Below are positions 39,773 through 54,434 of a DNA stretch of 64,000 bases, one piece after another; positions within the stretch are counted from its first letter, which is position 1; each line of letters starts with the position of its first letter. The stretch comes from Octopus vulgaris (Eukaryota): positions 177,630,001-177,694,000 of the forward strand of contig OX597815.1 of the NCBI GenBank assembly GCA_951406725.2. The letters are read 5' to 3'. The notes beneath the pieces were generated by a model. It saw nothing but the letters and a program-made list of their open reading frames with translations. It ran no database searches and was not told where the DNA came from. Both the position numbers and the translations under genes were made by a program.

Positions 39773-40948
39773 GGTGAATTTAAATATAGAAACTAGTAAA
39801 AAATGTTTTGAATGTTTTAAGGTTCAAGGTTCGTTTATATGTTATTGTTTATGGGCTTATGACTTAGACTAAATGAATATATACAATGACATTCAATACA
39901 GGCGAAACGCTGACGAACAGGAGTTACATCCGACAAAAAGTACAATTTTTGACATCTTATAGAGATTCTCAGATACCAGTCAAACTTGTAATAGGAAATG
40001 TCGAAAATAATATTGAATATATCACATGAAGTTTAAGAGAAGTGATTTTCCTGTAAAAGCAAATAATGATCAAGTTCATAACTATATCGAAGTTGCAGAA
40101 ATCTTGGATATTTGAATGCGATGGGGGTGCGTTTCAATAAAATATATTGATTGCACCGACTGAAAGCTACGTTTAGCAAAATAAAAAAAAAGATATGATT
40201 CAGGGTTTTAATTGTTTGTCAAGGGGTTTGGTTTGAAATGATTTGTTTTGTGTCTTAATTATATAGTCTACACTAAATTTTAATAAAGGTTATAATATAT
40301 ATATATTACATAAAAATTGATTACCAGTATTTTAGCATTATTTTTCCTATATCTATAAAAACAAATTGGCCCCAAAAATACTAGTTGCAATAGTAATCAA
40401 ATAGATTATCGATTCCTTATACTTTTCCATAGCTTAACAAATATTTGTATACACACAAAACAACAAATCCCTGTAGAATCTATTGTTATTTTAATTGTGT
40501 GTATAGAATTTGATAGGAAATATAGATGAATACTTTGCTTTTCAAATAATGTGCAATATTAAGGTAATATTGTTCTTTCGGTAATTTTCGAGGGAAAATT
40601 ACTTGTTAACAGAGTCAATATAAGAAGGCGTATCATAATATGCTCCCTTCAGTAATGTTATCCTCATAGACGAATAATCACTTTAGGAAGATTGCTTTTT
40701 GCACCAATTTCATTCAATTTCCTTCTTTAAATTGCATTACCTACCAAACCTTATTCATTGATTTCACTAAATAACGATACATATATATGAGTATCTATAC
40801 ATATGCTTCTGGAATATAACCTCATAACCTCGAAAAACAATATACAGGCATATATATATATATATATAATATATTTATATATACGCACACGCACATATAC
40901 ATACATAGCTATATATATACACACACACACACACGCACGCACACACAC

Positions 40949-41047
<99 letters not shown>

Positions 41048-41979
41048 TGTGTTTGTTAAGTCTTTTAAGACACATACAGCGCAACTCATTTGCGCCGATA
41101 TCTCAAGGGTATCATTTTAACTGGATGTTATTCGGACAGATAATCATTGTTCTATTTGATTTTCGCCCTGAGATTTCCGTAGATCATTATTTCTTCCAAG
41201 TGATTTCTTGTGTTATGAGAGGCGGTATTTTGTTATTAAATGGTACGATTTTTCCATCAGATATTTGTTCCTGTTTTCTAAACGAAAACCGGTTTTTATT
41301 CAATATAAAAATACTAAGGTGAGAAGAAATATCTTGATAGTGATTTGGCAAGTTATTATAAAGAAGTTAGATGAAATTTGAAGAAAAATATATTTGAAAG
41401 TTGGATATTAGTTTTATGTACGGAAATAACTTGATATTAAATATTTCTGATTAGAAATGTAAATGATTCTTTCCGAAAAATATATACTATAATCAATTCA
41501 TATATGATATATAAGCAATGTCATATGTGCATATATTATATGCAAGAGAGTGGAATCGATATAACTAAAGTGAACTCCAGTGTAATTTGCAATATTGAAT
41601 ATACGCATAGCTATTGTGAGATTATGTAACGCGTAATGCTATATGCTTTGCATTCCTCTTAGCTATATAATGAACGTCGCGGTTTTCTTAGGAATACGGC
41701 CAAAGAGATCTCGCATCAGATATATTAATGTAAAAACACAAGTATCAGGAGAAAATGTAGTAAATGATTTTAGACGCACATGGCTAGCAATTTGAGGCGA
41801 CGAATTAATAGATTCAATCGAAACCAGGCCCAGTACTTTATTTTGTTGACTCATTAAAGGATAAAAAGCAAGTATATGCGTGAGTGTATATGTTTGTATG
41901 CGGGGCTGACTTTTTAAATACCCATATATAGACATACATATATGTCTATGTATACACACACACACACACACATACACAA

Positions 41980-42012
<33 letters not shown>

Positions 42013-42203
42013 TATAATATATACATATATATGTGTGTGTGTATACATATTATATACCAATTATATATGTTATTATTTTTTTGAAATTTACTTAATCATC
42101 GGTATATTATTGTTATTTTTATTTTAATATTTTTATTATATGTAATTTTCTAGATGGTATAATTTAATTGTTCATTTTGAATTGATAATAGGTGTTTTTT
42201 CTA

Positions 42204-42260
<57 letters not shown>

Positions 42261-42289
42261 TGTGGGAAATTTGATTTAGCATTTCTAAA

Positions 42290-42324
<35 letters not shown>

Positions 42325-42331
42325 ATGTATT

Positions 42332-42396
<65 letters not shown>

Positions 42397-42590
42397 TGAG
42401 ATACCTGGCATGCTAGAAGGAATAGCTAACATCCAAACCATTATTAGGGATAAATGTTTAAGGGAATGAAAAATAAAAGCATTTACCATCTATCTCCTGG
42501 ACTATGGTTACTGACTTTATATTAACAAATAAAATAATTTGCTAGGCGAATCTTCTGTGATGATTTGATTGAATTTTACTGCAATTATTT

Positions 42591-42665
<75 letters not shown>

Positions 42666-42671
<6 letters not shown>

Positions 42672-43020
42672 GAAAAAAGCAACAAGAATGGAGTAGTTGT
42701 TCAGTACAATTGTTTCATACAAAGGACATATTTATTTAAAGCTGCAAATATTGCAGTAAATACAAGTGTCCCGTATTCATCAGCCAAAACACATATGAGT
42801 TTTCCACATGCAGGTGTAATTTCCGGAGATATGAGGAAAGATTTTATTCACAGAGAAGATGAATGTATCCATAATAATGCAGATGAAACAATATGAAACA
42901 ATTGTACTGAACAACTAATCCATTCTTGTTGCTTCTTTCCTGTACATAATCACCCCACATTATTTTATGGCTAATACCATAAAGATTTCTGGTGCATCTA
43001 AGTTAAGTACCGCATTGATT
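42666..43020 (+). mobile_element. Short PLE-type fold-back element in (TA)n
   Basis: 42666-42719 is the reverse complement of 42891-42946, followed by an unpaired tail. Confidence 0.8.
42700..42788 (-). ncRNA. Type-I hammerhead ribozyme, canonical core, long stem II
   Basis: tttgg-CUGAUGA-atac gggaca..ctgcaa..ttgcag..tgtcct..gtat-GAA-ACAAUUGU-A^ctgaa. Confidence 0.82.
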
Positions 43021-43059
43021 TGAATTCATTGGAATTCATTTGAATCATAATTGTTTTTA

Positions 43060-43141
<82 letters not shown>

Positions 43142-43143
43142 TA

Positions 43144-43536
43144 TCTTTATATATAAAAGTGGGGTTGTGTGCTGTCTGTCTCCTACGATTTAGATTCCTA
43201 ACTACTCTCACATTTTGCGGTGCAGTTTAACCAAAACCAGGTATCTTATAGTCATGATTCATATCGATCCCTTCTGGGTATTAGCGCGCGTCTACGATGA
43301 GTCTACGATTTAAAAAATAATTTGCCATCAATTTTTCCCATTTTTAATGCATTTTTGGCATACATAAGAGAAGTAACTCTCTAAAAATGTATTATTAAAT
43401 CTCAGAACGTAAAAAGCTACAGTAACACCCCCTTTGTGGTTAGCCATATTGAGATGGCTATTATACTTTACATCTCTAAAAATGCTTATATAGTTATTTC
43501 CCTTACAAAGCCGAGCAACGCCGGGCGATACTGCTA

Positions 43537-43537
<1 letters not shown>
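43144..43537 (+). mobile_element. Non-autonomous Helitron in (TA)n
   Basis: A|TCtttatatataaaa ... ccgagcaacgccggg cgatactgCTAG|T. Termini resemble those of 17499-18714. Confidence 0.85.
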
Positions 43538-43581
<44 letters not shown>

Positions 43582-43585
43582 AATA

Positions 43586-43627
<42 letters not shown>

Positions 43628-44449
43628 TATATAATATTTATACACAGGTATTTATACTTATATTGATACACACAGTTACACATACCCATGCACACATGGT
43701 GTGACGATGTTGATGCACTTTGTGTTCCATGAAGGAAAAAAACTGTGTTGAAGGAAAGTAAAAGATGTTGAAAAATTTGTGGGAGAGATGAGCTTTACGA
43801 AGTCTATAGGTAACTACCAAACAGGTAATTCCCAATGAATGTGTCACCTGGATTAGTTTTATGTTGATGAACGAATTAGCTTTGAATTATCTTTACATTT
43901 TGAGAAATAATACACTGAGCTGGAACCCGTGTGATGAAGCGTGTAGTTGCATGAGTCACTATTTTGTTTGATATCGATTTTTTTTTGTATTCATCAAAAC
44001 TCGGATAGCTTATTATAAAAATTCGTTACAAATTCTAATGAATAAATAAATAACATTCATAGAACAACTACTTCAATTATTCACTCGGTATTATATTCTC
44101 CGGTTGTATTCCAGGAAATATCGGAATGGTGGTTTAAGCTAGGTTAACCAAAGTTAAAGTTGGATTAATTTGAATGTAGAAATGAATTTATTCCTCCTCG
44201 AAAACGTAAATTAATCGACTGCCAAGAATTGTGTCCTATAAAGAAAAATGTAAAATATTCAATAAATTAAGAAATAATTTTATTAATTTATAGGGCTAAA
44301 ATCCACTCATGTTTAAAAATAATATAACGCATGTTCATATTGTGTTTGTAGGATACGAGAGCGAAACATTCTAAATATGCATTTGTTTCTCTATGTAATC
44401 ATTTGAATAATATTTTATAGACATTCAATGAGAAGGGAAATATTACTCA

Positions 44450-44662
44450 CAAATTTTGGCACAAGGCCAGCAAGTTTGAAGGAGGGGCCTAAGTCAAGTA
44501 TGTTGATCCCATTACTCAACCGGCACGCACTTACTTTATCAACCTGGTAAGGATGTAAATCAAAATTAACTTCAGCGGAATTTGAACTCAAAACGTAAAA
44601 CTGAAGAAAATGTTAGGAATATTTTTGCCCAGCTTTCAAAAGATTCTGCCAACTCGCTGCTC
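44450..44662 (-). mobile_element. tRNA-derived SINE (second family)
   Basis: aaattttggcacaaggccagcaa...tttgaactc...gattctgccaactcgc. Confidence 0.8.
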
Positions 44663-44684
44663 TTGTAAAGGGAAATATTTACTT

Positions 44685-44890
44685 CAAATTTTGGCACTAA
44701 GCCAGTAAATACAGGGAAGAGCATCACTCGAATGCATTGACCCCACTGGTCAACTGATACTTATTTTATCGAACCCGAAAAGCTGAAGGACAAAATAAAC
44801 CAGAAAAGATGTTTCAGCTGAGGATGTACGACAAATTGCCACCGCGTAGTATTTCGTTCAGCGCACTAATGAGAGTGCAGCTCGCCACCC
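44685..44890 (-). mobile_element. tRNA-derived SINE (second family), tandem neighbour
   Basis: ttcaaattttggcactaagccag...acttattttatcgaacccgaaa...cagctcgccacc. Confidence 0.72.
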
Positions 44891-47329
44891 TAATCTTGCT
44901 TTTCTTTTTCGTGCATTATAATCCCATTTATATGATGAAGATGGTGTCAAGTAATACTTCAATTTGTAAAATAAGCATATTAGAGTTTGATGCTGATTGG
45001 AATTTTGTTCGTAAATTAATGTATCATAATTTGCTTGCACAAAATGAAAGAAGATGGATCAAACCAAACGATTTTAACTTAATATCCAATTAAATATTAT
45101 TGCGAGCAATAATAATTAATTTAATACTATTAATTTCATAAGGTATGAATGAGATATTATTTATAAGCAGACTAAAGATAAATTGGTTAGAAAATGTTCA
45201 TTTATCAAACTTTCTATGAGGCTTTAGTTTCGGTAATATGGAATTAATTAAAATAATACTTCAGTTCAACCTTTTACATTATTTTTCTAAATTTTCAGAT
45301 TTCTCTGTACTTATTGAATCAATATTATTAGAATAAATTCAAAGAATACAAACTGGAATTTGAAGGCTGTTTAATATTCTCAGATATAAAATGATTGCAA
45401 TAATGTAATATTTTAATGTTTGAAAATAAAATTATTATTTCATTTCACGTACGTTTACACTTCTGTTTCCTTTAAAGTCGAGAATCTAATTGTTTCGTTT
45501 GACCCACCGTTTAACAAAATATGAAATAAAAAGCTTCTATGCACATGCAGAGAGAGAAATACTGAAACGCACAACGTTAATTACACATATATATGTATGC
45601 GTGTATATTATATGTGTGTAAATGTATATATCGGAATATACATACATTAACTTTACAAAGGAAAGAAAGCATATACATCTTTCTACCTGGATTCGCTCCG
45701 AGGTTACTCAATGTTTCTCGCTGTAAACTATTTCTCTCCGGTTATTTTCTTCTAAGCTTTATCTTGCAGGTTATGACCATGCAGGAATGCCGCCTATTTA
45801 ATTTGCACTACTTCAACAGTAATTAACACTTGATTAAGGAGATTGATGCGTCCGTTGCCGTCTGGAGTTGCAGAGAGCAGGTTTTCGATGTGTTTGTATC
45901 TTAAACATATACATACATTCACTCACTGTAGATTTCTCTACACCTTTGAACACCATTGGCACATGTAGTATATAGTCTTGATTTTAAGTGACAAGTGTAT
46001 GCACCTCAATCCAGTAACAGCTATTTCAGGATACTATAGATCTATAAAGCAAAATTTGGCGTGAGTATTTCAAGGGTAATCCATTTGCAGATCATGGGCA
46101 CATCGTTTGTAACTTTTGTCCAGGGCGAAATATTATGAAAATGCTTCCAATAACACTTCAACTGTTTGTATTGGAGAGCCACACTATTCGTAATGACGCA
46201 TAGACAACTGTAATGATAAAAGTAAGATCAGTTTGTATAGTTGGGAAACAGTGATATAAGTTGAACGAGATATTAGTACCGTTGCTCGTGTCACAGCCCA
46301 TTGTTGATGGTAACGAAAGAGCTCTGTGGTGGATGGAATGACACAAGTCAGCGTATATTGTACCGAAACCGTCTGTTATATTTCCAATGAAACGTATCAC
46401 GTGTGGTTTGTGTATGTACACCTAGTATAATTGTAATTTATCATCTCCCTGTTGAGTCTAATGCCTCAGATTAATGGACGTTGCAGTGATACCTAAGCGG
46501 TTTCACATCTAACAAGGACGCTTTATATAGCTATATAGGAAAACATGTGTACGAGATGGGATGATACAAGCGTATTGTTTGCTGTGAATATTTATCCAAT
46601 TGGCATTTGTAGTAATTCAAATAATTTGTGTCTGCAGTCACCCAATACAGATGCAATAATAATAAAAAATAACTTGGTATAAACATAACAATTTTAAACT
46701 ACGCATTCTAGAGTATGCATGCTGTCAAAGAAATTCGAAACTATGCTTGGTATTGACGCTGCAAAGAATGATATATACCTTGTACTTCACTTTCCATCGT
46801 TTCTTTAATATCATTCTCTTCTGTCAGAAAACAAACATTTGAAATCCCATGCATTTGTAGTTCCATTTTGTTCCTCATTTGTGTATCTTAATAAAATCTA
46901 CAACTAAGGAAAAATTTGCGTGTGGTTGGCATGGTTAAACGTTTTTTTACTTGTTATTTTGCAAAAATTGATGTATTCCCTGGGAGCGATAGGGCACCAA
47001 TGAGGACAAATATTCTATCAAGATTTACTAACATATATATTATGGAGAATGCAAATACGAAATGTTCAAAGATACTATAAAGTATTGTATGCTTGGGAGA
47101 TTATAAATTACATTTGATGGTACCACGAATGATGCTGCTCATATTTCCTTTGATTACATCAAAGTGAGAGATGATTGAGTTATAGAAAATATAGCAAGAA
47201 TAATTTGATGTAGCCACCGTTAACTGATTCTTTAGATAAGCAGACATTAAATACTCACAAACACATCAATGTATGTGTATGTGTGTATATATATCTCCAG
47301 GCAAAAAGAGACACAAAGCGATACATGTG

Positions 47330-47364
<35 letters not shown>

Positions 47365-47989
47365 GTAGACATGTATATAGATATATGTATGTAGTCATGT
47401 ATATAGTTAAATATTTGTATATATGTGTATGTATGTTTGTGTGTGTATGTATGTATTCACCATTTACAGCTTCTTCAGGCACAGGTTAAGACATATGGCA
47501 TACTCCACATATGTTTCATTTCATCAGAAAATTCTGTGACCAATAACATAGACAACCGCCGATAAAACCGCTGCGTAATTTAACAAAATTACAGAAATTT
47601 TCTATACAAAATATACAACGTTCCGTAACCATTTTTGATATCTCAAAGTTAGAGACTATGCCCTGTATACTTTTTTTTCAATATCGGAAATGGTACATCT
47701 TGGAAATCATTTAATTAGCCTTGAAGATGCGTATTCAGTGACACAAATTATCATGTATGGAGTATTGAACCAATATCACCACGTGTTAGATGCAGTTTAG
47801 TCTCTCGTTTGAACAGTCATATGCGTTTAGCAATGCATTCGACAGGATAATGTCCTTAGCACTTGCAATGCTCTTAACATTCTAAGGCGTAGGACGAATG
47901 ATAATATTATTTTAGCTGTTCAATTCCTTGAGTGTTTTTATGTGTATATATATCATATGCATAATGTATGTTCGTATGTGATTAATCAA

Positions 47990-49262
47990 TTTTATTTCAA
48001 GATTCTTTGCCAATAGAGAGCCGCCTTCTAACGTAGATCCAAAGCCCGTTCATTGGAATTTCAACATCAACAACAAGTTATTTTTGTACGTACGTATGTA
48101 TGTATGTATGTATGTATGTATGTATGTATGTATGTATGTATGTATGTCATGATTCAGATTATTTCAAGATTTCCTGCCAACAGAGAAAGAGCTGGTTTCT
48201 AACCTAGATCCAAGATTCCTTCATTGGAATTTCAAAATTAACAACAGCGGTTATTTGGTTGTATGTATGAACGTACGTACGTAAGTGTGTATGTATGTAT
48301 GTATGTATGTATATGTGCAGATTTTTATGGTTTGCTTTATGTATGTATTCTCAAGTCTATAGTTGTATATCTACACATGCTCATATATATTTAAATGATA
48401 AACTTCCGGAAAGTCTTTGCAGATTTTCAGAGTTGTAGTGATGGACTGGATCGGTAGTCTTCGAATTAGCTTTCTCCAATCCGATTTTGAGAAGCCTAAT
48501 TTCTCAAGATTAGTATGTAGGCAGTATATTACATATCCCAGAGCCCCAATTACTACAGGTATAAACCCGAACTTACTAATCTGGATAGAGTAACTATGTA
48601 TGTATTTATGTATGTATGTATGTATGTATGTATGTATGCATGCAGGTATGTATTTACGTCTGGATGTCTCTTCTACTTTTTAATTATTATAAATCTTCCA
48701 CTGAGGCGGGAGATGATTTCCAATAAAGATACAAGGCTCCATCTTTGGGATGTAGTTAACACAGAGAAATTCGCATTTGAAACTTGAGAAAAGTCTTGCA
48801 TATTTTTACTGTTCTACTCACAGATTGCACTTGTAATGTACGAATCAGCCGGCCAGTTTGTCTTTCTGAAAATCCCAGTTTATCCAGATTCTCCTTTAAG
48901 CAGCTACTAACCAAACCTAGCGCTCCACTTATTATTGGTATGAATATGAACTCATAGTCTGGATATAGAAGCTGGAGGTTTCGAAGCAGCTATCCATAGA
49001 TATCCTCTTGTTTTTGCCCCTCTGTCCCAAATAGCAATATCTGCCCTGTTATGTTTACATTTGACAGAACACTTGATGGAAATATTCCACCAGTATTCCT
49101 TGATTTGGTGTTTATGAATGTATTCCATAACAGAGAGATTTTCTAATTTTATTTCAGGACAGTCTCTTTTGTGGATGGCATTGTAAATTGTTTTTGCAAC
49201 AACGTTGTCGTATATGGAGGTGGTACCGTGACGATATTTTAGGACAGCTGCTAATCACATGC
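47990..49262 (-). mobile_element. Cluster of 5'-truncated RLE non-LTR retrotransposon pieces separated by (TATG)n
   Basis: Minus strand HVISSCP..R(H)NVVAKTIY..YWWN..HNRADIAIWD (48960-49262) and IPVVIGALG..LEKLGF (48395-48595). Related non-coding units at 47990-48086, 48158-48260 and ~48655-48780. Confidence 0.78.
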
Positions 49263-49410
49263 ATAATGTATGTATGTATGTATGTATGTGTGTATGTATG
49301 TATGCATGTATGTATGTATGCATGCATGCATGTATGTATGTATGTATGTATGTATGTATTATGTATGTATGTATGTATGTATGTATGTATAAACACTGGT
49401 TCTGCACCAC

Positions 49411-50050
49411 TGTCGTGTTTTACACGGACGCGACTGCTTAGTTACATAGACGGGTGTATCATTGACAGTCTAGATTACAATGATTGCATTTGGCGACTGA
49501 CTCTCTTGAAGGCAACTTTGTAAAGTAGATGACTTCCGAACACGTCTCCTTTATTTGAGGGTATTGAAGCTTACAAAACATTTTAAGGAATACCCTCATC
49601 TTATATAACCATGAACATGGACCATCTATCGGAGACGTCGTTGTTGCCGTAGTTGAGGAATTTGAGTGCCTGACCACGAGTCAGGACCTCTTTGTTGTTG
49701 CTTCTCACGGTCAATAAAATGGTAGAGTCTATATCACTGGATTTGGGTTAGAAGAGACGATGAGAAATGACTAGAAGAATATGGAGCTTTATTTGATAAC
49801 TAAGTTGATCTAGCAACCGGGGTCTCATATCAGTGAGTGGGAGGCGGCGCGCATTGGTGCCGTCGAGAGGCAGGCCCCGAAACGGCGCGCATTCTTTCCT
49901 GATCAGCGCATACACTTGCTGGCTTCCGGTATGCGGAGCTCTCGACTAGTAGCACTTGCATGTGCAAGTTGTTTGCAAAACATGAGATATTGCAGGACGT
50001 TCTTTCAATAAAGTGAAGTATTCAAGGTACACCGTACTGTTATTACTACA
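49411..50050 (+). mobile_element. Possible solo LTR
   Basis: tgtcgt...actaca termini, aataaa ~40 bp before the end, CpG-rich interior. No TSD. Confidence 0.3.
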
Positions 50051-51184
50051 GTTGTAAGAATAATGCATCTAATGGACTACAAAAGGTTTTTTATACCTAA
50101 ATGAATTTGTTATCGCTGTTGGATGGCCCCAGGTTATATACTGTGGAGCTTATCCATCTTCTTATTGTTCTATATAATGTGATCTAAGGTTATTTTATGT
50201 AATGAACTAGAAATGCTTTAACTAAAGTTTCCTTATTTTTTCTATTAAATGTTATTTTGATGTCAGAGGGAGGTTTAACTGTTATTTCCGTTAAATTAAA
50301 CGACCACCAAGTCGTTTCTCTTTTCTTTGTGTATATAAGAAATTGCTTGTGTTTGTATGTACATTATATATAAAAAAGAGTGCTACCGAAAGACAGCTAC
50401 TTCTGTATCATTTCACCGAAATATATTTCGTATTTCACTGGGTCTGTAAAGATGCGTTAAGCTTTTTTTTATTACTCTCCGGATGGAATTTTGGCAGTTA
50501 CATGCACAACATCTCGCATGATTATATAATCTTATTGCGTAATTAAGTTTACTGCCTTCATTAAATACATTATCAGTCTTTAGTTATTCAAATAGGTTTA
50601 GCAAGTGCCTGAATAATCCGGCTAATATGATGTACGAATGTTTTTCAGCAATTGCAACGCCATTTCAATCAAGTAATTTCCACGAAAAACAAAAGATATG
50701 TCATTTTCAGATACATTTAATGCAAAGAGTATTTCAAATCGAAGAGAAAATAAACATGGTTAGAAAAAAAAAACAATATATTTTATCACCTAAAATCTGT
50801 TTAACTTTTGCATGAGGTGCATTAGACAAGTATTCCGATATATCACCGTAGTCTATTGTGATATTCTCTTGGAAACTCCAAAGTTGAAAACGTTGTATTG
50901 CTAAGTCATTAGACATTTATTCACGTATATTTCATGAGAAAAATAATTTATAAGACTTTATCAACGTGAATGCTATATCAACAGCTGCGTTCGTTTCGAG
51001 CAAATGGCACTTGAAATACTTTCCTTCTACTTTAACATTAGCGGTTCCTTTTCGAGTGCTTAACTCTGTTGTAGAAGTTGCGATACGGTGACAATAATAT
51101 CGCAACTTACAAAGCCATATGTTTCATACTTGTCAGAAAAGCGACGTTAATTGTAATGATTGGCATCATGTTTGAAGGTGGAAA

Positions 51185-51340
51185 ACCAATCAGAAGTGGG
51201 AGTAAATAGTTCCTCTCATTATGATTAGCTGTATCTCCATATGGAAGAGACACCCATTTATTTATAAGAGAGGCTCGTGTTCAATGTTTCATTTTTAACT
51301 GTCATTATTATGTAAGATTCAACGCATATTCAGGTGAGTA
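51185..51340 (+). promoter_or_regulatory. Candidate Pol II core promoter and first-exon donor
   Basis: CCAAT (51186), TATAAG (51263), TCATT Inr-like with its A at 51291, CAG|GTGAGT donor at 51334. Confidence 0.35.
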
Positions 51341-51471
51341 TTTACGCAGTGACTTCATTTAACGTAAAACATATTCGTCTAGGCAAAAGTTAAACAGAGC
51401 TAATTACGTATGTATGTGTATATGTGATTGTGTATCATAAAGTATTTTAATGAGTTGTACACACACACACA

Positions 51472-51536
<65 letters not shown>

Positions 51537-52307
51537 GCATAGACTCATATTTCACTGGATTTTAATGAGTTGCAATAACGTTTTATCTTACAAATTCTTG
51601 TCCGTTGAGAACTGCATTATTATCTGAAAGAATTCATTTATATGTGCTAATGAAGCTAGATTTCCTAATGCTAAATTTTATAGCCTCACAAAATTAAATC
51701 TACTCAAGCAGTAATAAAAAAAAATCTCAAAATAGTGCATAGATGTAGCTGTGAATATTTTGGATAATAAATAAACTGTTTCTCACCCATTTCTGAGACA
51801 AGTATATAATGAACCGTAGCTAAATCGGTAGTAATTTCCTAAACAAAATCCGAAATGAAGAAATTTAAAACCCTGAAAACCTGGAGTACAGGATATAAGC
51901 CAGCATCTATGTATAAAACCAAAAAAATTGGGGACGCCAAAAATAATATTTGTGTAGATTGTCTAAGGAATGTTCTACAAAGAATATTACAAAGAAAACT
52001 CCTCTGTACCGTATCACAATAACTACAGCATGCTTGCGTTGTAATTCAAAAACAGTGACATGAGCTCTATGAAAAAAATTTGGTTAGAACTTAACAAAAG
52101 AGAAACATAAATTATTTTATCAGCGTGACTCAAATTTGCAACTAAATTAAAATATCGAAACGATACTTATATACTCCTGCCAAATATTACAAATAATAAA
52201 CAAATTCCCCAAAAATATTCCGACGAAGATAGATATTGCACAATCACTGACCAGTATGCATAATATTTTTTCTAACAGATGCAGCAGTGAAGAAATAAAA
52301 GTCGATA

Positions 52308-52717
52308 TGTAAGGTCGTTATGTTATCTCCCTTCGACCATTTCACTAAGCAGTCCATACGGGCTAAAAAGGCGAATGGGGAACCTCCGCCTTTTGGACGC
52401 TTCTAGCCCATAATGGCACCCGTGGAACCACAGGTCTTCTATCATGATTCCAGAAAGACGATTCGTCACGTCCCTGGCAAGACACACGTGGAGCCTTAAA
52501 GATGAAGGGACCCCATAGGATATCAAGCAGAGGATTATAGAGCGGCCAGGATGTTATATCAACGGGAGCGGACGTTGTAAATTTTGCATAGCTGAGTGAG
52601 CAAGTATCCTCAAAGACTTCTGGTATCCAGATTTACTATAAAATTCCCGAAATATCCATTCACGTCAATAGCAACGCAATTGTGACGGATTATGGTACAC
52701 CAAATTTTTGCCTTACG
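52308..52717. mobile_element. Probable solo LTR (~410 bp)
   Basis: TGTAAGG...CCTTAC(g) inverted termini, higher GC than flanks, flanks cgata/cgtaa (imperfect TSD). Confidence 0.5.
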
Positions 52718-53457
52718 CGTAATGATTACTGTCTACGAGGTTGAAGTCCCTTGCTATGATTAGAAAAGCTAATCATGACAAAGAGAGAAAAGGAAACATG
52801 AAAAAAATACTTTGGGCTGTTCGGTCAGAGTTCTGCTTTAGCACTGGATCTCGCCATTCTAATGCAAAGGATAGTGAATTGAAAGTTTCTAATATCGCTT
52901 TGTAGCAGTAATTGACGACTAGCTTTCGCTTACTCAGTGGAGAACAGTGGTGAAATGCTATCACGATTTCATTGAATTATACCGCACACACAGACATACG
53001 CGAACGGACAATGCACACGAATATGATATATATGAATACATCTTTATGATTGTTTGTGATTGTATCCGTGTGTGCGCGCGCGCATGTGTGTCTCTCTCTT
53101 TCTTTCCCTCTCTCTCTCTCTCTCTTTCTCGCTATATATATATGTACACACATGCATACGTTAACATATAACCCACAGGCAATAAATTGAAGCAGCTTTT
53201 CATGGTGGATATTAAATTAATTATGTATTATTTGGAAAGAATAGATGTTCAGCATATTTCTCTCTAATCAAAACACATAGGAATGTCTTTCCGTCACGTG
53301 GATCTATACAAGTAAATGCACATATAATTAGCTTTTTATCCACTTACCTTCATATCTCGTTTTGCTTTATTCAAGAATGACATAGAGGAAATTTTATATT
53401 AGTATTAAAACTTATATACTAACTATACTAACAGTTGCACATTATATAGGCTGATAG

Positions 53458-53521
<64 letters not shown>

Positions 53522-54434
53522 ACATACATACACACAAATACATACATACAAGCGTACATACTTACATACATGCATACATATAGGTAGTTGGATAACATTA
53601 CTTGTTTCTTCAGTAGCATCGATCTCGATAACCTATATCAAAACCCTCGACGGCAAGTGTCATTACGCTTCACGTCACTTTATATTGTTGTCTAGCTGCC
53701 ATAGTAAATTTGAAGCTAATTTTGATATGGCATGGTACACCAAGAGGATCGCTTGTCAAGTTATCATTGTATGAAGATTGTACACAATTTTCGAACGTGT
53801 TTTCATAAAACTTATATAAATGTTAAAAGTAAACAGTACTAAGGAAACCAAGTGTCACAATCTAAGATCTCTTAAAATATGAGCTGTCGGATTTAGTATT
53901 TCTTTTTCATTCAGAGATGGAATAACATCCGTGAAAACATAAAGTTTATGCTTTAGCATATGTTTATTCTATCGATAAACAAATATGTATCTAATGAAAG
54001 CATCGATACAATCAATTTACATTTCATATCAGAGTTTTGAAACTGTTGAATATCTCCGGAGCTGTTGTAAGTATCAGTCAGACCAATCGCCTGATTCTGA
54101 TGTATTTACTATTCAAGTAAAAAATGGACATCTTGTGATATTGAGGTTATTTGTTACTTGAAATATCTGTAGAGAATTGCACAAATTTGATCGATGCAAA
54201 TGTCACGTTATCTACACATTTAATCTCTTCCGTTTTCTTCTGTCTTCATAAATAACGATTAGTCCGCAACGTTACATATTTTTGCTGGTCAAGACGGGCT
54301 AATTGAATTTAGCCATCATGATTTTATTAACTTGTAAACTGAACTTCGACTCTAAGGTATTTCGAGCACGATAAACAAATTTGAATAAAATGAGCAGCCA
54401 GTAGTATATATGGTTTATATCTAATCAAAAATTT

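Noticed and set aside
49857-49910. Type-III hammerhead-like GUC...GAAA stem
   Set aside because: No CUGANGA between the cleavage triplet and GAAA.
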